The notes under the pieces: generated by a model
What the model saw: the letters and a program-made list of their open reading frames with translations, nothing else
Databases searched by the model: none
Told to the model about the DNA's origin: nothing
Position numbers and translations under genes: made by a program
Shown: piece after piece, positions 43,535-51,989 of the stretch
How the letters are laid out: every line of letters starts with the position of its first letter
Position numbering within the stretch: the stretch's first letter is position 1
DNA from: Planctomycetota bacterium
Lineage (GTDB): Bacteria > Planctomycetota > UBA11346
Reading direction: 5' to 3'
Length of the DNA stretch: 64,000 nucleotides
Assembly: GCA_035627695.1 (NCBI GenBank)
Contig: DASPLE010000112.1
Span: forward strand, 5,626 to 69,625

Positions 43535-44650
43535 TCACCAGTGCGTCGGCGCACCGCTCAGGCGCTGCACCCAGTGGATCGTGCCGACCAGGTTCTTGTT
43601 CCAGGCCTGGGTGCGGCAGCGGTTCAGCGCCCACGTGCTGCTCGCGTTGGGCGGGGACATCATGTACGTGTCGCGCGCGTTCGGATCGGGCGAGCCGAAC
43701 CCATCCCAGTTGCCGTACGGGCTGCCGTTGGGCGTCTTCAGGCCGGCGCAGATGTTGTCGTATTCAGGCGTCAGCGTCGCGGCCGACCACTGCACGCGGT
43801 ACCAGAGCCGCACCTCGGCGCCGACGATCTGATCGAACGCCTGCCTGGTGCCGAACGCGCCCTGCTCGCCCGCGCCGACGACCTCGCCCCAGTCCTTGTA
43901 GCCCTGGCTGGCGCCCGCCCCGCAGGTGACGACGAAGGTCGCGTCCTGGTCGCGATAGACCCGGAACCAGGAGCGGCCCACCGATTCGATCCGCGCCTGC
44001 GTGTCGCCATGGATGTAGAGTGACCAGTTGCTGGCGCCGCCCGCCGACGGGATGGCGATGGCGTCCGAGACCGTCGGATAGCCGTTGGTCACCTGCGGCT
44101 GCGGATCGGGATTGCGCAGGTACGGGAAGCCGCGATCAGGCGCGCCGGCGGTCGTCGAGATCGGATTGTAGACCGCGGTGATCCGCGTCGCGAAGGGCGG
44201 GCGCTGCAGCACGTGCATCGGGCAGCGGGCGACCGATTTCACCGCCGGCCAGGCGCGGCGATCGGGGTCGCCGTCGCCGTCGCCGTCCTCGACGAGGCTG
44301 AGCGAGAAGAACGCCGGCCATCCGGGATCGTCGCCGCGCGGACCGGTGCTTCCGTCGCGGACGTCGAGCCAGCCGTAGGCCTCGCGGTGCTTGTCGCCCG
44401 GCGGCGCCGCCGCCGGGCTCGACGGCGCGGTGCCGTAGCCGAGGCGCGACGCCTCGAGGATGTAGTCGCAGGCGGCGAGCAGCATGATCCGCGCCTGGGC
44501 CTCGGCGACGATACCGTTGGTCTCCTCGACATCGCTGCGCATGCGCGCGAGGAACGAGAACGACAGCGCCGCGAGCAGGGCGACGATGCCCGAGACGATG
44601 ATCAGGACCGTGCCGCGGCGGCCCGGTCGTCGGCCAGCCGTGCTGTTCAT
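43535..44650 (-). CDS. GspK-like minor-pseudopilin-type protein (371 aa) with a novel C-terminal domain
   Basis: ATG at 44650 within track ORF 43535..45418. N-terminus RRGTVLIIVSGIVALLAALSFSFL resembles the GspK/PilX-type hydrophobic N-terminus without the FTLxE motif. 4-nt overlap with the upstream gene. Confidence 0.7.
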   Translation of the reverse strand: MNSTAGRRPGRRGTVLIIVSGIVALLAALSFSFLARMRSDVEETNGIVAEAQARIMLLAACDYILEASRLGYGTAPSSPAAAPPGDKHREAYGWLDVRDGSTGPRGDDPGWPAFFSLSLVEDGDGDGDPDRRAWPAVKSVARCPMHVLQRPPFATRITAVYNPISTTAGAPDRGFPYLRNPDPQPQVTNGYPTVSDAIAIPSAGGASNWSLYIHGDTQARIESVGRSWFRVYRDQDATFVVTCGAGASQGYKDWGEVVGAGEQGAFGTRQAFDQIVGAEVRLWYRVQWSAATLTPEYDNICAGLKTPNGSPYGNWDGFGSPDPNARDTYMMSPPNASSTWALNRCRTQAWNKNLVGTIHWVQRLSGAPTHW

Positions 44651-45828
44651 GGATCGTCCAGGGTCGGGGTGTTCACGTGGCCGGACGCGTTGTCCCAGCG
44701 CGCCCAGCCGCCGTCGCGGCCGCGCTGCTGCCGCGCGCCGCGCAGGCTGGTGCCCCAGCCGCTGAAGGTCAGCGCCATGGCGTTGCCGGTCACCGGGCTG
44801 ACGACCCGGACCTTGCACATGCTGATCGGACGCGCGTCCTTGATGAAGCGGCTGACCGACACCGTCGCGTTCGGCCAGTGCGCCGGTCGGCCGGCGCGCA
44901 GCAGCGATTCGGGGACATCGGTCGCCTTCTTGAAGTCGCCGACCTCGTTGGCGTTCCCCGATCCGGCGTCGAATCCGACCATGTAGGCGTACCGGTTCGC
45001 CTCGTTCAGCGGCTTGCCCGACCCGTCGGGGTTGGGGATGGCGTACACGCCCTTGGTCGTGCAGCGGTACTTGCCCGGCGGCACGCGCGCGCGGTTGAGG
45101 CGTTCCTCGTGGCGGAAGAAGCCGTTCGCGCCGCTCTGCGTCTTCACGTACCAGTTCAGCACCGCGCCGTTGCGGCCCATGGTGTCCGGACCGCCCGGAT
45201 CGAAGGTGGCGAAGATGCTGTTCGGCGGAGCGTACTCGCACAGGCCGTAGAATCCGAGCGCGTCGCGCAGGCGCTGGATCTGGAACGGATACCAGTGGTG
45301 CGCCGCCGCAGGCGCGCCGCTGTAGGCGACGCTCTGCGCCGGCGAGACCGGCGCATTGAAGCCGAAGCTGAAGGTGTTCGCCTCGGCGGTCGAGAAGATC
45401 GCGTAGCGGCCGAGCCACATCTTCGACGTGCTGCGCTCGGCGAGGTTGCCGCGGTACCAGGTCCGGCTGCTGCTGGGATCCCAGGCCTTCTCATCGGAGC
45501 GCCAGGATTGGTCGTCCTCCGTGTCGAACGCGCCGCCGCCGTTCGGCCACACCGTCGCGAAGGGCGTGAACGGCAGCCCATAGCGGCCGACGGCGGCGCG
45601 CAGCGGGGCGGTCGCGGCGTCCGGATCGTCGTACTCGCGCCAGAAATCGATCTCGTCGTGCGCGGCCGCGACGCCGACGCGCAGCATCGCGTTCTCGAGC
45701 GCGAGGCGGTTGGCGGCCGCGACCGTGAGGCTCGCGGCGCGGAACGCCGCGAACGCGGTGACGACGATGATCGCGCCGAGCGCGACGGAGATGATCAGCT
45801 CGATCAGGGTGAAGGCGCGGTGCTGCAT
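44647..45828 (-). CDS. Prepilin-type N-terminal cleavage/methylation-domain protein (393 aa)
   Basis: ATG at 45828 within track ORF 44647..47265. MQHRAFTLIELIISVALGAIIVVTAF carries the class III signal peptide motif FTLIE. The remainder is unrecognised and aromatic-rich. Confidence 0.8.
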   Translation of the reverse strand: MQHRAFTLIELIISVALGAIIVVTAFAAFRAASLTVAAANRLALENAMLRVGVAAAHDEIDFWREYDDPDAATAPLRAAVGRYGLPFTPFATVWPNGGGAFDTEDDQSWRSDEKAWDPSSSRTWYRGNLAERSTSKMWLGRYAIFSTAEANTFSFGFNAPVSPAQSVAYSGAPAAAHHWYPFQIQRLRDALGFYGLCEYAPPNSIFATFDPGGPDTMGRNGAVLNWYVKTQSGANGFFRHEERLNRARVPPGKYRCTTKGVYAIPNPDGSGKPLNEANRYAYMVGFDAGSGNANEVGDFKKATDVPESLLRAGRPAHWPNATVSVSRFIKDARPISMCKVRVVSPVTGNAMALTFSGWGTSLRGARQQRGRDGGWARWDNASGHVNTPTLDDP

Positions 45829-45830
45829 GA

Positions 45831-47900
45831 TCAGCGGATGGTCAGCGGGACGCGTGGATCGTAGTAGTTGAACCGCGCCACCTCGATCGCCCGCAGGCGC
45901 GCCGAGGTCGGCAGCGGACCGCGATCGAGACGCAGGTTGAAGTTGCGGTCCGCGCCGAAGCGGCCGGAGAACACCTCCGGGGCGACGCCGCCCAGGCCGC
46001 GATCGGCGGCGTTGTCGTTCATCACCATGATCGCGGAGACATCCTGACCGGTCGGGCCGCCGGCGACGCTCTGCTTGAACATCAGGACCTTTTCCGGGTT
46101 CCTGAATGAGAACAGGTGATCGTCCGCCCACTCGAGGCCGCACATCGGATTGGTCGCGCTGCCCAGCGCATCCTTGAACTGGTACGTCGCGCCACTGCCC
46201 GTCGGCGCGACCCAGTTGCTGTAGGTCAGCGCGTGCGGCGCGGCGAACGGGTACTTGCTCGCGTCGACCGTCGCGCCCGGCGCGGTCTCGAAGTCCTCGT
46301 ACGCATGCCAATCCGCCGCCCAGAAGACGATCTGGCGGCAACGGTCCATGGGCTTGAACGGAGCGGTCAGGGTGAAGTGCGAGCTGCGCCCCCATTCGCC
46401 GCCCGCGGTGCTCGGCCCGATCTCGTGCTCCGGGTACATCCAGCTGGCCCCGGCGTGCAGCACCGGCTGGGCGGGGATCGGCTTCCACTGCGCGGCGTCG
46501 ACGTTCGACCCGCTGATCGTGCCGGTTTCCGGCGGGGAGAAGAGGTCGTACTCGATCAGCGGATGATCCATCATGATCGCCCGCTGCGTCGGCCTGGGCA
46601 CGCGCCAGTCGTAGGGATTCTCGGCGCTGAACTGCATGATCATGCGCAGGCAGCGCTCGTGGTAGTAGCGGATCTTGCCGTCGGTCAGGCCGATCGGAGC
46701 GGGTGGACCCGCCTGGCCGCCGAGCGTCACCGGAGGGATCGGCACACCGGGGCCGGCATCGGACAGGCACGGATCGCCAGCGATGCCCGAGTCGCCCGGG
46801 CTGTGCGGATGGAACGAGGTCATGCAGGCGGTGGCGTGCGCGAGGAAGCGCATCGCCTGGACCTGCTTCCACGGCTCGGGGCTCGCGTCGAATCCGGTCG
46901 GGATGCTCGACGGGTCGGGCGGATCGTAGGTGCCGGGGTCGATGCCCTTGCGGACGCAATACCAGTACGCGGCCTGCACGTAACGCATGAGCGAGGCGCG
47001 CGACGGCACGCCCTGGTTGGGGAACATCCCCTTGTAGTAGGCGACCGCCGAGTCCGGCGGGCCGGTGTAGCGGCCGTACATGAACGGCAGGAAGCCGTAG
47101 TAGTCGGCTCCCTCCTGCCAGAAGAACACCTTGCGGATATCGGGATCGCCGCCCTGCGGATCGTGCGCGTGCTCCCACGCCTCCTCGATGCAGGCGCTCT
47201 GCAGCATCCACGAGATGTTCGATGATTCGTTCTGCGGCACCGGCCGGTCGTAGGCGTAGTCCCACGTGAACCGCGTCATGTTCAGCCCCGTCGGCAGGAA
47301 CTCGTCGTAGAGGAAGCTGTGCGTCGGCGGCGACGGGTACGGCACGTAGTACGGCCAGTTCTTCTTCGCCAGGATGTGCACCGCGTTGTTCTGCGGGTAT
47401 CCCAGGATCGCGAAGACCAGCCGCTGGCTCTCGTTGGGAGCCTCGGTGTCGGTCTGGTTCGCGTTCACCAGGTTGCGCTCCTCGGTGTTGGTCGTCGCCA
47501 TCGGCTGCGAGTAGTACAGGTAGGCGCCGTCGTCGAGCAGGCGCTGGATCTCGTCGCCGTTGGAGTCGAGGCGCCGCGCGATATCCGTCGGCAGCGGCAT
47601 GATGCCGAAGCGGTGCGACGACAGGCGCTGCTCGAGATCGAAGGCCTGCGAGCGGTAGCTGACCGGCACGTCCCAGGGTTTCAGCGCCTCGGTGTCGATC
47701 GCCGGGTTGGCGTTCGCCGTGGCGTTGAAGGCCTCGACCATCTCCTCGGCCTTGGTCGCGGCGATGACGCGGAAGCGCGCGAACTGCTGCGCCTTCAGCC
47801 CGGCGGGGAAGGACATCATCACCGTCACGACGGCGAAGGAGACCAGCCCGAGCGCGATCGCGATCTCGAACAGCGTGAAGGCGGAGCGGTTCATCGTCAT
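45831..47900 (-). CDS. Prepilin-type N-terminal cleavage/methylation-domain protein, unusually large (about 689 aa)
   Basis: Track ORF 45831..47936. MTMNRSAFTLFEIAIALGLVSFAVV. Alternative ATGs at 47936 and 47894. The stop lies 2 nt before the next gene start. Confidence 0.8.
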   Translation of the reverse strand: MTMNRSAFTLFEIAIALGLVSFAVVTVMMSFPAGLKAQQFARFRVIAATKAEEMVEAFNATANANPAIDTEALKPWDVPVSYRSQAFDLEQRLSSHRFGIMPLPTDIARRLDSNGDEIQRLLDDGAYLYYSQPMATTNTEERNLVNANQTDTEAPNESQRLVFAILGYPQNNAVHILAKKNWPYYVPYPSPPTHSFLYDEFLPTGLNMTRFTWDYAYDRPVPQNESSNISWMLQSACIEEAWEHAHDPQGGDPDIRKVFFWQEGADYYGFLPFMYGRYTGPPDSAVAYYKGMFPNQGVPSRASLMRYVQAAYWYCVRKGIDPGTYDPPDPSSIPTGFDASPEPWKQVQAMRFLAHATACMTSFHPHSPGDSGIAGDPCLSDAGPGVPIPPVTLGGQAGPPAPIGLTDGKIRYYHERCLRMIMQFSAENPYDWRVPRPTQRAIMMDHPLIEYDLFSPPETGTISGSNVDAAQWKPIPAQPVLHAGASWMYPEHEIGPSTAGGEWGRSSHFTLTAPFKPMDRCRQIVFWAADWHAYEDFETAPGATVDASKYPFAAPHALTYSNWVAPTGSGATYQFKDALGSATNPMCGLEWADDHLFSFRNPEKVLMFKQSVAGGPTGQDVSAIMVMNDNAADRGLGGVAPEVFSGRFGADRNFNLRLDRGPLPTSARLRAIEVARFNYYDPRVPLTIR

Positions 47901-48144
47901 GCCGGACGGCCGCGGCGCGGCGAACCGGACGCCCATACCGGAATCATGGTTGCCATTGCACGCCTCCGCATAGCGACGTCGCCGCCGCCGCGCGCGCCGG
48001 GGCGTGCGCTCGGCTCAGCCGTCGACCACTTCGCCACGAGAGGCGCGATCGCTACATGCAATCCGGCACGACCGTCCACGCCCGGAACCGCTCCCGGCCC
48101 CGGGGAAGCCTGTATCGAGCCACGACCGGCCGGAGAGCTGGGCC

Positions 48145-50496
48145 ATGAAGTCCCCCGTACGCCATTTCGCCTGCCATGTCCTGCTGATCGCCTGCGCCGC
48201 TGCCGCCGAGGACCCCGTCGCCGCCGGCGGTTTCGCGACCGGGCTGACGCTCGGCGATGGCGGCTGGAGCGCGCCGGCGACCATCGACGAGCGCGCGTGC
48301 CGCGAGCTCGTCGGCCAAGGCGTCGTCGCGCTGCCGGTGTGGTGGGGCGATGGCATGCGGCCGCCGGCCGGGCAGGCGTTCCGCATCGAGGTCGACTTCC
48401 GCGACACCGCCTCCAGCCCGATCCGCGTCGAGGTCTTCGCCGGGCTGCCCGGCCGCTACGAGCTGCACCGCATCGGCGGACTCGGCGACGGCGCCTGGCG
48501 CACCGCGCTCATCCCCCTGCCCGCCGACATGGTCATGCGCCTGCCGGGGCGGGATCACACCGAGCTGGTGTTCAGCGCGCCCGCCGGCGGACCCGTCGCC
48601 TTCGCCGATCTGCGCATCGTCGCCGGCGATCCGGTCGCGGACGAGGCGCGCTGGTGTGCCGAGACCCGCGCCTGGGTCGCGCGGGCGCAGGCCGTCCAGC
48701 GCGCAGCGCTGACCGCGTCGGAGACCGCGCAGGCGCCGGTGCTTCCCGGCGCGTCGACGCACGGCGCGATCGCCTTCGTGCGCCCGTGCTGGGACCCGAT
48801 CCGCCCGGTCTCGGCGCCGCAGGCGGGCGAGGTCGGCGCTCCGCTGCGCCTGACCCTGGCGCGCAACGAGATCGAATCCGGCCAATTCGGCGTCCACGCC
48901 CACGGCATGGCGCTCAGCGACGTCGCCATCGCCCTGATCGCCGCGCCGCGCCGCGACGACGGCCTGACGCTCGGCGCCGAGGTCGAGCTGCTGACAGCGG
49001 AATTCGCCGCCGTGCACGAGGACGGCCACGAAGGACGGCGCCTCGCGCCGCAGCGGCTGTGGCCGTCGCATCCAGTGGCGATCGCTCCCGGCCGCTCGCA
49101 CGCCTTCTGGCTGACCGTCGCCGGCGACCGCACGCGGCCCGAGCCCGGCGTGTACCATGCCGAGGTCGCGGTCACCGCCGGCGGCGAGGCCGTCGCCGCG
49201 CTGCGCGTGGAGATCGTCGTCGCGCCGCTGGACCTGATCGGCATGGACGAGGCGGGTCTGGCGATGGGCGGCTGCGTCGCCGGCGCCGTCCCCCGGCACG
49301 AGATGGCGGCGATGCGCCGCCAGAACCACAACAGCATCAACTTCTGGTACAGCGGCTTCGCGCCCGCCATCCAGCGGATCTCGGCGACCGAGTTCACCCT
49401 CGACTTCCGCATCCTCGACGAGGTCATGCGCGACGCGCGCGAGAGCGGCATCACCAGCGTGGTGTGGTTCCTGGGCGGCGATCCGTACGGCTTCCCGGAC
49501 ACCCTCCATCTGGAACGCGAGCTGTACCGCTGCGTCGTCACCGGCGACGGCGGCATGGAGGGCCGCAAGGAGTACCTGCGCCGGGCGATGGCCGCGCCGG
49601 ATGCGCTGCTGCCCGAGCTGCGCGATCTCTATCGCGACTGGGTCGCCCAGGTGACGGCGCACGCGCGCGCCGCGGATTGGCCGGAGCTCATCCTGACCCC
49701 CTATGACGAGCCGGCGAAATGGACCCAGGACCGCAACCACGCCAAGCTGCTCTACTACCGCGACGCCACCGGCTACGAGCACATCGCCAAGCCGCGTCGC
49801 GAGGACATCGCCAAGACCATCGATCGCCTGACCCGCGAGGGCATCCCCTTCGAGGAGCTCGGCACCGGCGGGGCCGGACGGTGGCACAAGCCGCACTTCG
49901 AGGAGTCGTGCGCGCTGATCCGCGCCGGCGATCCCGACGTGCGCATCTACGGCTCGATCCACCACGGCACCGACGGCCTGCCGTTCCTCGACGACATCGA
50001 CGTCTTCTGCACCAACATGATCCAGGAGAACGAGGCGCTGGGCGACATCGTCCGCGCCGCCCAGCCGGTCGCGCCGTCGACCCGGGCGAAGGCGTTCTGG
50101 CAATACGCCGGCATGCAGGATGCGCTGAACGCGCGCTGGGAGTTCGGCTTCCGCTTCGCGCGCTACGATTCGCGCGGCTCGCTGTGCTGGGCGTATAACT
50201 TCGCCAACGACCGCTTCGATACCAGCGGCGGCGGCGCGTGGATCTACGCGTGGACCACGCCGTACGCGGTGGTCCGTTCGCCGTCGTACGAGGCGCTGCG
50301 CGAGGCGTGGGACGACCGCCGCTACATCGAGACGGTGCGCGCGCGGGCGCGCAGCGCCGGCCCGGCGGAGGTCGCCGAGGCCGAGGCGTTCCTGGCGACG
50401 CTGTTCGCCGAGGCCGCGGCCGCCCAGACCGATCGCGGCGCGGCGATCGAACACTGCCGCGCGCGCCTGCGCGATCGCCTGCTGGCCGGGCCGTGA
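48145..50496 (+). CDS. Secreted hypothetical protein, glycoside-hydrolase-like (DUF4091-like?)
   Basis: ATG at 48145 with GGAGAG upstream (track ORF 48004..50496). Signal MKSPVRHFACHVLLIACAAAA. LARNEIESGQFGV resembles the DUF4091-family motif. The family call is tentative. Confidence 0.7.
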   Translation: MKSPVRHFACHVLLIACAAAAEDPVAAGGFATGLTLGDGGWSAPATIDERACRELVGQGVVALPVWWGDGMRPPAGQAFRIEVDFRDTASSPIRVEVFAGLPGRYELHRIGGLGDGAWRTALIPLPADMVMRLPGRDHTELVFSAPAGGPVAFADLRIVAGDPVADEARWCAETRAWVARAQAVQRAALTASETAQAPVLPGASTHGAIAFVRPCWDPIRPVSAPQAGEVGAPLRLTLARNEIESGQFGVHAHGMALSDVAIALIAAPRRDDGLTLGAEVELLTAEFAAVHEDGHEGRRLAPQRLWPSHPVAIAPGRSHAFWLTVAGDRTRPEPGVYHAEVAVTAGGEAVAALRVEIVVAPLDLIGMDEAGLAMGGCVAGAVPRHEMAAMRRQNHNSINFWYSGFAPAIQRISATEFTLDFRILDEVMRDARESGITSVVWFLGGDPYGFPDTLHLERELYRCVVTGDGGMEGRKEYLRRAMAAPDALLPELRDLYRDWVAQVTAHARAADWPELILTPYDEPAKWTQDRNHAKLLYYRDATGYEHIAKPRREDIAKTIDRLTREGIPFEELGTGGAGRWHKPHFEESCALIRAGDPDVRIYGSIHHGTDGLPFLDDIDVFCTNMIQENEALGDIVRAAQPVAPSTRAKAFWQYAGMQDALNARWEFGFRFARYDSRGSLCWAYNFANDRFDTSGGGAWIYAWTTPYAVVRSPSYEALREAWDDRRYIETVRARARSAGPAEVAEAEAFLATLFAEAAAAQTDRGAAIEHCRARLRDRLLAGP

Positions 50497-50501
50497 GCCG
50501 C

Positions 50502-51887
50502 ATGCCGACGCTCCGCCTGATCGCCGCGGCGGCGCTCGCCCTCGCCGCCGGCGATCTCGCCGCGGCCGTGCATCGCATCGGGCCAGGCGATGATCTGGGC
50601 AGGATCCGCACGCTCCACGCCGGCGACGTGGTCGAGATCGCCTCGGGCACCTACAACCAGGCCGCGCGCTGGTCGTGCGCCGGCACGCCCGATGCGCCGG
50701 TCGTCATCCGCGGCGTCGGTCCGACGCGCCCGCTGATCGACGCCACCGGCGTCCTCGTCGACGGCGCGATCCGCCGGCCGCGCGCGTGCCTGCAGATCGA
50801 CGGCGTCGACGTGGTCGTCGAGCGCCTCGAGTTCGCCAACGCGCGCAACAGCCAGAACGGCTGCGGCTTCCGCTCGTCGGCGCCGCGCGACGCCCTCGCG
50901 GCGACGGTCGTGCTGCGCGATTGCGTCATCCACGACTGCGACATGGGCATCCAATCGGACGGCGGCCAGCACCTGGTGGTCGAGGGCTGCGACATCTTCC
51001 GCTGCGGCACGCCCGACTTCGCCGGCGCCAGCCACAACATCTACGCCGGCAACCGCCGGCTGACGGTGCGCGGCAGCTGGATCCACGACTCGACCGTCGG
51101 CTACAACATCAAGACCCGCTGCCACTACGTCGAGCTGCTCTACAACCTGATCAGCGGCTCGGCCGAGGGCGAGGTCGACCTGGTCGATTCCGACTGGACC
51201 AGGCTGCCGGACGCGAACGCGCTGATGCTCGGCAACGTCGTCGTCAGCACGCAGCGCCTGCCGACCGCGAACAAGCAGCGCTTCGTCGTCTTCGGCGACG
51301 AGGGCGAGGCCCATCCGGGCTCGCTCTTCGTCTACCACAACACCTTCATCGCCGGGACGCCCGACATCGATTTCCTCTCCTGCCGCCACCCCGAGAGCGG
51401 CATCATCGCCGCGAACAACGTGTTCTGGGGCAGCGGCACGGTCGGCACGTCGTGCGACGGACCGTTCGCCGGCGCCGCCAATTGGATCGAGGGCGGCGGC
51501 AGGCTGCCGCCGGGATTCGCCGTCGGCGGCGTCGATCCACGCTTCGTCGCGCCGGCGACCGGCGACTTCCGCCTGGCCGCGTCGTCGCCGTGCCGCGATC
51601 TCGGCCGCGCGCCGCTTCCGTACCGGGACGGCGATGGCAACGAGTGCATCGCGGTCGCCGAGTGGATGTACGTCGCCGTCGGCGATCTCGCGCCGCGCGG
51701 CGTCGACGCGCGCTGCGACCTCGGCGCCTACGAGGTCGGCGGGAAGGTCGGCGGCGCGAACCGCCGCGCGCGCCGCGCGGCGGCCAAGCCGAAGGCCAAG
51801 GCCAAGGCCGATCCCGAGGCCGATGCGCAGGTGCCGGCGGGGGACGCCCCTGCCCCCGCCGTGGATCCGCCCCCGGCGCCGCGCTGA
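50502..51887 (+). CDS. Secreted right-handed parallel beta-helix (pectate-lyase-fold) protein
   Basis: ATG at 50502 (track ORF 50238..51887). Signal MPTLRLIAAAALALAAG. Repeats VLRDCVIHDCDMGIQS and VVEGCDIFRCG. DFRLAASSPCRDLG. Lys/Ala/Pro-rich tail. Confidence 0.8.
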   Translation: MPTLRLIAAAALALAAGDLAAAVHRIGPGDDLGRIRTLHAGDVVEIASGTYNQAARWSCAGTPDAPVVIRGVGPTRPLIDATGVLVDGAIRRPRACLQIDGVDVVVERLEFANARNSQNGCGFRSSAPRDALAATVVLRDCVIHDCDMGIQSDGGQHLVVEGCDIFRCGTPDFAGASHNIYAGNRRLTVRGSWIHDSTVGYNIKTRCHYVELLYNLISGSAEGEVDLVDSDWTRLPDANALMLGNVVVSTQRLPTANKQRFVVFGDEGEAHPGSLFVYHNTFIAGTPDIDFLSCRHPESGIIAANNVFWGSGTVGTSCDGPFAGAANWIEGGGRLPPGFAVGGVDPRFVAPATGDFRLAASSPCRDLGRAPLPYRDGDGNECIAVAEWMYVAVGDLAPRGVDARCDLGAYEVGGKVGGANRRARRAAAKPKAKAKADPEADAQVPAGDAPAPAVDPPPAPR

Positions 51888-51989
51888 TCGACAACGGATC
51901 CGACGATGCGCCGTATGCGCCCCGCCTGGTAACAGGGCCGGTCCTGGTGGAGAATCAGGTGTCCGCCATCTTCGTCCTGGGATCCCATC

